A DNA stretch of 64,000 bases, taken from contig BJHH01000003.1 of the NCBI GenBank assembly GCA_014192065.1, positions 248,751 to 312,750 on the forward strand. The letters run 5' to 3'. Origin of the DNA: Gemmatimonadota bacterium. GTDB taxonomy: Bacteria > Gemmatimonadota > Gemmatimonadetes > Gemmatimonadales > Gemmatimonadaceae. The position numbers and the translations under genes are program-made. Of this stretch, positions 46,379 to 55,345 are shown piece after piece; within the stretch, counting starts at the first letter, position 1; each line of letters opens with the position of its first letter. A model generated the notes under the pieces. The model did not search any database, was not told the DNA's origin, and worked only from the letters and a program-made list of their open reading frames with translations.

Positions 46379-47766
46379 GAACGACTCCGCGCCAAGCGGC
46401 GGAATGTCGCGCCGCGTTCTTCGTAGTTGGTGAACATGTCGTAGCTGGAGCAGGCGGGAGAAAGCAACACGGCATCGCCGGGCGTGGCGAGTGCGCGAGC
46501 TCGGCGGATGACTTCCTCAAAGGACGATCCGAGACGCTCGAGCGGCACGCCCTGGAGCAGCGCCCCGAGGTCGGCTTCGACGCGCTCCGCCGCCTCGCCA
46601 TACGCGAGGACGGCCTTCGCATGCTTGACGATGGCTGGCGCCAGCGCAGCATACGCTTCGCCTTTGTGCTTGCCACCGAGTAACACGATGGCCGGCCTGG
46701 TCATCCCTTCGATCGCCACGCGTGCCGACGAGACATTCGTCGCCTTGGAGTCGTTGATCCAGGTGACGCCACCGACATCGGCCACGACTTCGAGCCGGTT
46801 GGGCAGCGCCGTGAACGACTGCACACCGGCTGCGATGCGCGCACGCGCCAACGGCGTCCTGAACTCGCGATCGGCCAAGGCGACGGCCAGCGTCGCCGCG
46901 AGGACGTTGGCCACATTGTGGTCACCGATGAGCGGGATGTCGGCGCGCACCAGTAGGGGTGCATCGAAAAGCGACACGGCGCCATGCCCCGCGTCGAACC
47001 GCGCGTCGACCGGCAGTCCGCCGACAGAAAACCGATGGTGTGCGCCCGCCACGCCAGCCGTGCGCCGGCGCACCTCGGCGTCGTCGGCGTTTGTCACCCA
47101 GCTCGAGGTGGTCGACGCGTTGGCGAACAAGCGGCCCTTGTCCGCGTAGTAGTCGCCGAGCGACTCGTAGCGATCCAGATGGTCTGGAGCGAGGTTGGTC
47201 AGCACCCCGACGTCCGGATTGAGCGAGTAGGTGTCGTGCAACTGGAACGACGACATCTCGAGCGCCACCCAGGTGGGCGGCTCGGCCATCAGCGCCACGT
47301 CACTGAGCGCCTGGCCGATGTTTCCAGCGGCGATTGCATCGGTGCCCACGGCATGCAACAGGTGCGCGATCAGCGACGTCACCGTCGTCTTGCCGTTGGT
47401 GCCCGTCACGGCGATCAGGCGGGTCTGCGGCAAGAACCAAAGTGCCAGCTCGACTTCACTGATCACCGGTACGCCTGCGTCACGCGCGGCCACCACCGCC
47501 GGCGCCTGCGGTGGCACACCGGGGCTCACGATGGCGAGCGACGCCTTGGCGATCCGGGCGAGGTCGTGACCACCCCACTGCGCGTCCACACCGAGCGCCA
47601 CGAGCGCACCGGGCGCGGAGCTTTCGTGCGCTGGGCGCGCGCCCGAGTCGGAACCGTAGACGTTTGCACCTTCACGCGCGGCCAGCGTGGCCGCCGCAAG
47701 CCCGCTCCGCGCGAGCCCGATGACGGCGACTTCGCCGACCGTGAGCAGGTGGTGCAACTCGCGCAT
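46375..47766 (-). CDS. murD: UDP-N-acetylmuramoylalanine--D-glutamate ligase
   Basis: 463 aa from ATG 47766..47764 (MRELHHLLTVGEVAVIGLARSGLAAA). P-loop VTGTNGKTTV. The ORF-track start (48153) is over-extended into mraY. Confidence 0.92.
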   Translation of the reverse strand: MRELHHLLTVGEVAVIGLARSGLAAATLAAREGANVYGSDSGARPAHESSAPGALVALGVDAQWGGHDLARIAKASLAIVSPGVPPQAPAVVAARDAGVPVISEVELALWFLPQTRLIAVTGTNGKTTVTSLIAHLLHAVGTDAIAAGNIGQALSDVALMAEPPTWVALEMSSFQLHDTYSLNPDVGVLTNLAPDHLDRYESLGDYYADKGRLFANASTTSSWVTNADDAEVRRRTAGVAGAHHRFSVGGLPVDARFDAGHGAVSLFDAPLLVRADIPLIGDHNVANVLAATLAVALADREFRTPLARARIAAGVQSFTALPNRLEVVADVGGVTWINDSKATNVSSARVAIEGMTRPAIVLLGGKHKGEAYAALAPAIVKHAKAVLAYGEAAERVEADLGALLQGVPLERLGSSFEEVIRRARALATPGDAVLLSPACSSYDMFTNYEERGATFRRLARSRS

Positions 47767-48908
47767 CAGCGCAGCTTCATCGTGGAAAGCGCTACAAAGG
47801 CGCAGAGGATACCGATAATCCAGAACCGCACGACCACCTGCGATTCCGGCCACCCCTTGAGTTCGAAATGGTGATGCAGGGGCGCGCGCAGAAAGACGCG
47901 ATTGGCCTTGGCGTACTCCAGGCCGTGCTGGCGCTTGCGCCACTTGAACGCCGAACGCTGGATCAGCACGGACATCGTCTCGGCAACGAAGACACCGCCG
48001 ATGAAGACGACGAGGAACTCCGACTTGAGCAGAATCGCTACTGAGCCGAGTGCGCCGCCAAGGGCCAGCGAGCCCGTGTCGCCCATGAAGATCTGGGCCG
48101 GCTTCGTATTGAACCAGAGAAAGCCGAGACAGGCCCCGACGATAGCCGTACAAAACACGGTCAGTTCGCCCGCGCCGCGCAGGTAGAACAGACCGAGGTA
48201 CTGCGCGGCATCAATGCGACCCATCGCATAGGCGAACGCGGCAAAGGTCGCCATGGCGATCGCCATCAGTCCGCTGGCGAGGCCATCGAGTCCGTCGGTC
48301 AGGTTCACCGCGTTCGAGGTACCGGCCATTACAAAGGTGACGAACGGTACGTACAGCCAAGCCAGCCCTATCGCCGCAGGCACGATGAGCACGTTTTTGA
48401 AAAACGGCACCGTCGTCGACGCGCCGGGGAGCGGATTGAGTGGCACCTGCCAGAGATAGAGGCCGAGCGCGATACCCAGCGTCACCTGCCCCGCCAGCTT
48501 CCAGCGTGACACCAGTCCTTCGTTCTTGAGCCCCGCTCGTTTTTGGCGAAGCTTGAGAAAGTCGTCGAGGAATCCAATCGCGCCCATCCAGATCGTCGTG
48601 ATGAGCGCGAGCCAGACGTAGCGGTTGTCGAGGCGCATCCAGAGCAACGTCGGAATCAGGATCGACGCCAGGATGATGAAACCTCCCATCGTCGGCGTCG
48701 TGCCCTTATCGGCGTGCGTGTCAGGCGTGCCTTCGCGCACCACCTGGTGCACCTGCATCCGCTGCAGCCAGCGGATAATGAACGGGCCCACGACGAACGC
48801 GACGAACAGCGCCGTGACCGCCGCTCCCGCGGCACGAAACGAGATGGAACTGAAAATGCGAAATGGCGAGAAGTACTCGCGCAGCGGAAAGAGGAATTCG
48901 TAGAGCAT
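47766..48908 (-). CDS. mraY: Phospho-N-acetylmuramoyl-pentapeptide transferase
   Basis: 380 aa from ATG 48908 (MLYEFLFPLREYFSPFRIF). Contains KGTPTMGG, NAVNLTDGLDGLA and APLHHHFELKGW. Confidence 0.95.
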   Translation of the reverse strand: MLYEFLFPLREYFSPFRIFSSISFRAAGAAVTALFVAFVVGPFIIRWLQRMQVHQVVREGTPDTHADKGTTPTMGGFIILASILIPTLLWMRLDNRYVWLALITTIWMGAIGFLDDFLKLRQKRAGLKNEGLVSRWKLAGQVTLGIALGLYLWQVPLNPLPGASTTVPFFKNVLIVPAAIGLAWLYVPFVTFVMAGTSNAVNLTDGLDGLASGLMAIAMATFAAFAYAMGRIDAAQYLGLFYLRGAGELTVFCTAIVGACLGFLWFNTKPAQIFMGDTGSLALGGALGSVAILLKSEFLVVFIGGVFVAETMSVLIQRSAFKWRKRQHGLEYAKANRVFLRAPLHHHFELKGWPESQVVVRFWIIGILCAFVALSTMKLR

Positions 48909-48910
48909 GG

Positions 48911-50383
48911 TCAGTCCGTTTTGGACGGAGAAGTCGTCGCACTCGCGGGAATCGTTCCGCCGGTCGCCCACAGCGTGAGGTGTGGTACGATCCGTTCGAG
49001 CTTCACGCCGCGTGATGCCTTGAGCAGGATCGCCGAGTTGGGAGGAAGCCGGCGCTGCAACACCGGCCAGAGGTCGTCCACGTCGACGCCGGTGATCACG
49101 CGGGCGTCGCCGACGGCCACCTCGCGCAGCGCCGCGGCAAACTCGCCGATGCCGGCCACGAGTGCGGCCCCCGACGCCACGGCGTCACGGGCGACGTCGC
49201 GATGCGCGCGCGCAGACTGGTCGCCGAGTTCGCGCATAGTGCCAAGAATGACGACACGCGGCCGATCGCCGGCCACCGCCGCCAGCAGCGCGAGCGCCGC
49301 CCGCGCCGAACCCGGGTTCGCGTTGTACGCGTCGTTGATCAGCAGCGCCTCGCCCAGCGGCTCGACGGCCGAACGCATGCCGGGCATACGCGCCCGGTCG
49401 AGCGCGGCGATGCCCCGGCCCGCATCGCCGATGCTGATGCCGCACGCGCGTGCGACCGCGAGCGCGAGCATCGCATTCCGCAGGTTGTGCAGCCCGCGGA
49501 GCGGCACAGGCAGATCAGATCCGTCGAGCGTGAGCACACCACTGCCGTCTGCTTCGAGCGAGGCGCGGCTTGCCGACAGGTCGCCGTCGGCGATCCCGCA
49601 GGTCACGACCTGCTTGGCCCGCTGGCGTGCCTCGGCGACGAGCGCGGTTTCGTGCGCTGGCACCACAGCCAGCGCGACGCCGTCGAGCAGTGCCGCCTCT
49701 TCGGCGAGCACACCGGCCAGATCGCCAAACCCTTCGAGATGCTCCTCCTCAATCGCCGTGATCACGGCGATGTCGGGCCGCACGATGTCGCGAAGCATCG
49801 CGATCTCGCCAGGCTGGTTCGTGCCCAGTTCAATCACCGCGATATCCGCCGCGTCGCCGAGCGCCAGCAGCGTCATCGGCACGCCGATCTGGTTGTTCAG
49901 GTTGCCTTGGGTCGCATGCACTTCGAGGCGGGCGCTGAGCGCCGCGCGGATGAGTTCCTTCGTGGAGGTCTTGCCGTTCGAGCCGCCGACGGCAACGACC
50001 GGCCTCCCCCAAACCATCCGCCGGTAGCGCCCGAGTTGGCCGAGCGCGCGCGTGGTATCCGTGACTTCGAATACCGGCACGCCCATGAACGCCGCGAGCC
50101 GCGCGTCGGTCACCACCACTGCACCAGCCCCCGCCTCGACGGCCTGATCGAGGTAGTCGTGTCCGTCGAAATGCTCGCCCTTGAGTGCAACAAAGAGATC
50201 GCCGCGCCCGATCGTTCGCGTGTCGGTCCAGACCCTGGCGAGTGGTGTGTCACCGCGCGGATATCCGTCGCCGACCGCCGCCGTGGCGCCCATGCGGGGC
50301 GCCGTCCCCTCCCATGGCACGACACCAGCGAGCGCGTCGGCAACGCGGGACAGCGTCCAAAATGCCGTGACGCGCGCGGCCAT
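48911..50383 (-). CDS. murF: UDP-N-acetylmuramoyl-tripeptide--D-alanyl-D-alanine ligase
   Basis: 490 aa. Mur ligase P-loop VGGSNGKTSTKE, NDAYNANP and the position between murE and mraY. Confidence 0.9.
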   Translation of the reverse strand: MAARVTAFWTLSRVADALAGVVPWEGTAPRMGATAAVGDGYPRGDTPLARVWTDTRTIGRGDLFVALKGEHFDGHDYLDQAVEAGAGAVVVTDARLAAFMGVPVFEVTDTTRALGQLGRYRRMVWGRPVVAVGGSNGKTSTKELIRAALSARLEVHATQGNLNNQIGVPMTLLALGDAADIAVIELGTNQPGEIAMLRDIVRPDIAVITAIEEEHLEGFGDLAGVLAEEAALLDGVALAVVPAHETALVAEARQRAKQVVTCGIADGDLSASRASLEADGSGVLTLDGSDLPVPLRGLHNLRNAMLALAVARACGISIGDAGRGIAALDRARMPGMRSAVEPLGEALLINDAYNANPGSARAALALLAAVAGDRPRVVILGTMRELGDQSARAHRDVARDAVASGAALVAGIGEFAAALREVAVGDARVITGVDVDDLWPVLQRRLPPNSAILLKASRGVKLERIVPHLTLWATGGTIPASATTSPSKTD

Positions 50384-51900
50384 CAGTTGGTGACTCCGGC
50401 GCGATCCGCTGCCGCGGCCAGCGCCGCCATGATCTCACCCACGATTTCGCGTTCGTCGAAGCGCAGTTTCTGCGTGCCGCGCACCTGATAGTCCTCGTGT
50501 CCCTTACCCGCGAGGAGCACCAGGTCACACTCGGGATCGGCGAGTGCGATCGCCCGCTCAATCGCCGCACGACGATCCTCGATCCGTTCGTAGCCACCCG
50601 TGGGGAGCGCAGCGGCAATGTCATCCATGATCTGTTCGGGATTCTCGGTGCGCGGATTGTCGCTCGTGAGCACGATCAGGTCCGCGTGTTTCGCTGCGAC
50701 GGCGCCCATCAACGGCCGCTTGCCCGCATCGCGATCGCCGCCCGCGCCGAACACCACGATCAGTCGGCCCGGCACGAACGGCCGCAACGCCTTGAGCGCG
50801 CGCTCCAGCGCGTCAGGCGTGTGCGCGTAGTCGCGCAGCACCACCGGACGCTCGCCAACGCGGTCGAGACGGCCGGGTACCTGCGGCATGTTCGACAGAC
50901 GCTCGGCGACTAGGGCAACTGGCTCGCCAAGCGCCATCGCCGCGGCCGCTGCGCCGAGGGCGTTGATCACGTTGAAGTCACCAATCAGCGGCAGCGTCAC
51001 GGCCGCCGACGCACCCGCCGCGACCAACGTGAAATGGCTGCCGCGCGGCCCGTAGGTCACGCGGCTTGCTCGCACGTCACAGTCAGCTTCGGTTCCGAAC
51101 GTCGTACGCCGAGGTGCGGCGGGCAGGGCCTCCCACGCCGCATCGTCGGCGTTCACGACGACCGCGCCGCCCGGCGCGAGATGCGCCACGAGTGACGCCT
51201 TGGCCGCGAGGTACGACGCCATCGTGCCGTGATAGTCGAGATGATCGCGGGTCAGGTTCGTGAACACCGCCGCGTCGAAGGCGATTCCGCCAATGCGCTC
51301 CTGCGCCAGCGCGTGCGACGAGACCTCCATCGCCACCGCCCGTACACCGCGATCGGCTAGGAGGCGCAGCAGGCGCTGCAGCTCGACCGGCCCAGGCGTC
51401 GTGAGCCCCGCCCCGCCATCCACGCTCTCACCCGCGCTCCCGACGAGCACCCCAAGCGTGCCGATGCTGGCCGCGGGTGCGTTCGGCGCTGGCGCATCGA
51501 GCAGATGCCGCAGCATCCCGACCGTGGTCGTCTTCCCGTTCGTTCCGGTGACGGCCACAAGGCGCATACCCTCGGACGGGTTCCCGTAGAACGCGGCGGC
51601 CGCGACGGCCGCCGCCCGTCGTGCGTCGCGCACGATGATCACACCGCCAACGGCGCCACCATTCGCGCGCGCCGCGTCCTCAGCGATCACCAGCGTTGCA
51701 CCAGCCGCGCGTGCCGCGGAGATGAAATCGTGCCCGTCCGCTGAAGTGCCGCGGACCGCGACGAACGCCCCGCCCTTCACGGCAGCGCGGCTGTCGTCCG
51801 TGATCCCTCTGATCCGCTCAAGCCCCGCCGCAGGCGCAGATACCAGCAGCCCCGCGCGATCGAGCGCAGCCACGATGACCGCAACCGGCACCGCCGGCAT
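50383..51900 (-). CDS. murE: UDP-N-acetylmuramoyl-L-alanyl-D-glutamate--2,6-diaminopimelate ligase
   Basis: 505 aa. P-loop VTGTNGKTTT. The DNPR motif (TSDNPRTE) suggests meso-DAP specificity. Confidence 0.92.
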   Translation of the reverse strand: MPAVPVAVIVAALDRAGLLVSAPAAGLERIRGITDDSRAAVKGGAFVAVRGTSADGHDFISAARAAGATLVIAEDAARANGGAVGGVIIVRDARRAAAVAAAAFYGNPSEGMRLVAVTGTNGKTTTVGMLRHLLDAPAPNAPAASIGTLGVLVGSAGESVDGGAGLTTPGPVELQRLLRLLADRGVRAVAMEVSSHALAQERIGGIAFDAAVFTNLTRDHLDYHGTMASYLAAKASLVAHLAPGGAVVVNADDAAWEALPAAPRRTTFGTEADCDVRASRVTYGPRGSHFTLVAAGASAAVTLPLIGDFNVINALGAAAAAMALGEPVALVAERLSNMPQVPGRLDRVGERPVVLRDYAHTPDALERALKALRPFVPGRLIVVFGAGGDRDAGKRPLMGAVAAKHADLIVLTSDNPRTENPEQIMDDIAAALPTGGYERIEDRRAAIERAIALADPECDLVLLAGKGHEDYQVRGTQKLRFDEREIVGEIMAALAAAADRAGVTN

Positions 51901-53933
51901 CAGGGCGCTCGCTCCAACGTCACGCGGCTTCCGGTGGTCAGCGCCGTGCCGGCCGCTGGCGAGGTGCGCGCCGCCTTGTCCCCGCCCGATGTCGTTCCCG
52001 CCAGCGCTGCGCGGAACCCCGCGCGGTGCAGCTCGTACACCGCGCGCCGAACCGGCATCCCCGCGACATCCGGCACCGTCCGCATCGCCACCACCGGCGC
52101 CGGGGCCGGGGCAGCCACCGCGGCCGTCTCGACGACCGTCTCGACCACCGTTGGCGCCACTATCGTCGCGACGCGCGGGTCCGGCTTGGCGTCAGCCATG
52201 ACCACCGGCGTCAGTACCGGCTCCCGCTTCCGCGATGGTTCCTCGGCGAGCGTTCGCCGGTCGAGTGCTGCGTCGCGCGCGGCCAGCGCTGCCTGAAGGA
52301 CAACCTTCGACACCGGCGCCGCCGCCCTGCCGCCGTAGATGGATTTCGTCGGACTGTCCAGCTTGACAAGGATCACGAGCTGCGGGTTGTCGGCCGGGAA
52401 CATCCCAACGAAACTCGCCGTGTACCGCCCGGCGATGTATCCGTGTGGCCCAGCAACCTTGGACGTGCCGGTCTTGCCCGCCACGTCAAAGGTGGAGAGG
52501 TTGGAACCCACCGCCGTACCGGCCTCGACCACGCCGCGAAGCATCCCCCGCACCGCGCGCGCCGAGGCCTCGGTCATCACGCGGCGCACCACACGGCGGG
52601 TATGTCGGTAGGTGACCTCTCCCGAGGGTGTTCGGATCTCCTTCACAATCGCTGGCTCAAGCAACTCGCCGCCATTCGCGATGGCGGCATAGGCCGTCGC
52701 CAACTGCATCGGTGTCACGCTGACTTCATATCCCATGGCGAGCGACGCCGGCGTGAGCGCGGTCCAGGTGCGGGGAACCGGCAGACGGCCCTGCGATTCC
52801 ACCGGATACGGCATGCCAGTCGGCGTGCCGAAACCGAGGTCGCGATAGAGCTCGAACTGCTCGTCGCGCGAAAAACGCCCCGCGAACTGGATGATGCCGA
52901 TGTTGCTCGAGAACTTGATCACGTCGAACAGCGACGCCTCCCGCAGCGGATGGTCGTCCTCGATCTTCCGGCCGTTCAGTTCCCACTTGCCGCCGTGCGT
53001 GTTGATGATTTCGTCGCTGCGTGCGCGGCCCAGGTCGAGCAGCCGCGCGGCCGCAAACGGCTTGAGGGTTGAGCCGGGTTCATAGGGCTCCGAGAGCGCC
53101 GTGGCGACGGTTGAGCGCTTATCGGCGCGATGGCTGACCATCGCGCGCACCTCACCGGTCGTGGGGTCGAGCATCACAATGTCGCCGCCGGTCGCACGCA
53201 TTGTGGCCACCGCCTCGCCTAGGGCGCGCTCCGCGATGTCCTGCAGCCCTTGATTGATCGAGAGCACGACGGTGTTGCCAGGCGTGGGCGCGGCGTCCGG
53301 GACGGCTGGCGAACGCATCCGCCGACCCCGCGCATCACGAACCAGTGACTCGCGACCGCCTTCGCCGCGTAGTATTTGGTCGAGAGACTTCTCAAGCCCG
53401 TCCACCGGACCGCCGGCGTCGTCGGCACGACCCACGAGGCGTCGCAGCCCGTCGTTGGCGGGCGGCACGCGCTCCAGCGCCGGAGTCGAGTTGACGCCGT
53501 ACAGGCTCGTGATGTTGGAGACGTCGGTGGCGAGGTACCGGCCCGGGATCTCCACCCACTTGCGGCTGGTGTCCCGAACTTTTGCGATCAACTCTTTTGA
53601 GACGCCCGCGAGCGCGAGCGCGCGCGTAAGCGTCGCCATCCGCTCGATACCGTCACCCTTCCTGCGCAGCGTGGCGACGACCTGGTTCGGGGCGATGGTG
53701 ATCTTCACGAGCTGGCGCGACTCGACGAGCACGATGCCGTTGGCGTCGAGAATCGTGCCGCGCGGCGCGGGCAACGGCTTGGATGCCATCTGCTGAGCTC
53801 TGGCCTTCTGCCGCCAAAGGTCGCGATCGAGCAGCTGCACCTTGACGGCGCGCCCGACGAGGGCGAGCGCAAAAATCAGGAAACCAGCCTGCACGAGCCC
53901 CGCACGTTTCCACGGAATTCGTGGCTCGATCAC
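51900..53933 (-). CDS. ftsI: Peptidoglycan D,D-transpeptidase FtsI (class B PBP) with C-terminal PASTA-like domain
   Basis: 677 aa. N-terminal TM anchor, transpeptidase motifs STLKPF, SSN and KTGTS, an Ala/Pro/Val-rich linker, then VPDVAGMPVRRAVYELHRAGFRAAL..TSPAAGTALTTGSRVTL. Confidence 0.9.
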   Translation of the reverse strand: MIEPRIPWKRAGLVQAGFLIFALALVGRAVKVQLLDRDLWRQKARAQQMASKPLPAPRGTILDANGIVLVESRQLVKITIAPNQVVATLRRKGDGIERMATLTRALALAGVSKELIAKVRDTSRKWVEIPGRYLATDVSNITSLYGVNSTPALERVPPANDGLRRLVGRADDAGGPVDGLEKSLDQILRGEGGRESLVRDARGRRMRSPAVPDAAPTPGNTVVLSINQGLQDIAERALGEAVATMRATGGDIVMLDPTTGEVRAMVSHRADKRSTVATALSEPYEPGSTLKPFAAARLLDLGRARSDEIINTHGGKWELNGRKIEDDHPLREASLFDVIKFSSNIGIIQFAGRFSRDEQFELYRDLGFGTPTGMPYPVESQGRLPVPRTWTALTPASLAMGYEVSVTPMQLATAYAAIANGGELLEPAIVKEIRTPSGEVTYRHTRRVVRRVMTEASARAVRGMLRGVVEAGTAVGSNLSTFDVAGKTGTSKVAGPHGYIAGRYTASFVGMFPADNPQLVILVKLDSPTKSIYGGRAAAPVSKVVLQAALAARDAALDRRTLAEEPSRKREPVLTPVVMADAKPDPRVATIVAPTVVETVVETAAVAAPAPAPVVAMRTVPDVAGMPVRRAVYELHRAGFRAALAGTTSGGDKAARTSPAAGTALTTGSRVTLERAP

Positions 53934-54205
53934 CGCGGCGGTCTCGTCAGAAGAATCACCTGACTGTCATTCGGGATCTGCATATGCAGGCGTTCCTCAG
54001 CTACCCGAGCCAACGAGGCCCGGCTCGATGCGTCGCGGATGTCCCCTTCCAGCTTCGCACGCTCGGCGAGAAGCGCCGCTCTTCGCTGTTCAAGGCGGCT
54101 CTCATCGCGCGCGCGCGCCATGCCGGTACTCCGTCTCCATATGACGCCTGTCGCCACAAGGACGAAACCAAGCAACACGATGAAGACCACCGAGCGCCCC
54201 CTCAC
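53930..54205 (-). CDS. ftsL: Cell division protein FtsL
   Basis: 91 aa. Single TM segment (VVFIVLLGFVLVATGVIW) followed by a coiled-coil-like segment. Canonical position between rsmH and ftsI. ATGA overlap with ftsI. Confidence 0.7.
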   Translation of the reverse strand: MRGRSVVFIVLLGFVLVATGVIWRRSTGMARARDESRLEQRRAALLAERAKLEGDIRDASSRASLARVAEERLHMQIPNDSQVILLTRPPR

Positions 54206-54257
54206 GGCCGGACCTGCCGCGCAGCTGAGGCTGCGACTGGCGAAGCGGCGACGATCG

Positions 54258-55268
54258 CTACTTGGCGGTCATTGGGCGCGAACGACGGCGCCAGGCTCGC
54301 AGCTTGGCGCTGCGCGCACGGGCATTTCTGAGAATCTCGTCCGCGGCTGCCGTGACCGCTTTTCGGGTAACGACATCCCCCAGGGCGTTGTTCGCCCCAC
54401 AGGTACAGATCGGGTGTCGCGGCGGGCAGACGCAGGAACGGCTCCAGTCCCGGAAGGCGTGCTTCACCAGCCGATCCTCCCCCGAGTGATAGGTGATCAC
54501 CGCGATGACGCCCGAAGGAGCCAGTCGGTCACGGAGTTGGGGAAGGGCGCGTCCCAATACCCCGATCTCATCGTTGACGGCAATCCGAACGGCCTGGAAG
54601 ATCCGGGCAAAGTCTGGCGGGCCTGACCGCGGTCCCAGCACGGCCCGAATGACGCCCACGAGATCGTCGCTGGTGGCGAACAGCGTGTTGTCGCGGCGCC
54701 TCACGACTTCCCGGGCCATGCGGTCCGCCTTTCGTTCGTCGGCATAGTCGCGGAAGGCCTGCGCCAGCTCGGCTTCATCGGACTCGTTGAGGAAGTCGGC
54801 CGCATTCATCGCACCACCACCAGACATGAACTCCATCCGCATATCGAGCGGCGCACCCTCTCGGAAGCTGAACCCGCGGGCGGCGTCGTCAAACTGGTGC
54901 GATGACACGCCGAGGTCGAGCAGAATCCCGTCGAACTCCTGTCCTTCGAGCCGCGGCGCACTGGCCGCGTCACCAAAGTTGGTTTCGATCGCGCGAAACG
55001 TACCCGCCGCCACCTGAGCCGCGAGCCGCGCCGATGCTTCGACAATCGCGTTCGGATCGCGGTCGACTCCCGTCACGTCGGCGCCGAACTCGACCAACGC
55101 GGCACTGTGTCCGCCGCCGCCCAAGGTGCCGTCGAGAATCCGCCTGCCGGCCAGCGATGGTTGCGCGTCTCCGGCTTCCGGCTTTGCCTCAGCACCGGAG
55201 AGGTAATGGCAGACCTCCGCCACCATCACGGGCGCGTGGTACGGCGAGTCAAAGCGCGAGGCGGTCAC
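54258..55268 (-). CDS. rsmH: 16S rRNA (cytosine1402-N4)-methyltransferase
   Basis: Contains HAPVMVAEV, DGTLGGGGHS, DLGVSSHQFD and ISYHSGEDR-like (ITYHSGEDRLVK) motifs. Start is GTG 55268..55266 or ATG 55358; the latter overlaps the upstream TPR gene by 13 nt. Confidence 0.92.
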   Translation of the reverse strand: MTASRFDSPYHAPVMVAEVCHYLSGAEAKPEAGDAQPSLAGRRILDGTLGGGGHSAALVEFGADVTGVDRDPNAIVEASARLAAQVAAGTFRAIETNFGDAASAPRLEGQEFDGILLDLGVSSHQFDDAARGFSFREGAPLDMRMEFMSGGGAMNAADFLNESDEAELAQAFRDYADERKADRMAREVVRRRDNTLFATSDDLVGVIRAVLGPRSGPPDFARIFQAVRIAVNDEIGVLGRALPQLRDRLAPSGVIAVITYHSGEDRLVKHAFRDWSRSCVCPPRHPICTCGANNALGDVVTRKAVTAAADEILRNARARSAKLRAWRRRSRPMTAK

Positions 55269-55345
55269 GGACGAAAGATAGGCGTTAAGCGAAGCGGCCC
55301 GCGGACGAAGTCCGCGGGCCGCCCCAACCTGCCGTTCGAACAAGC

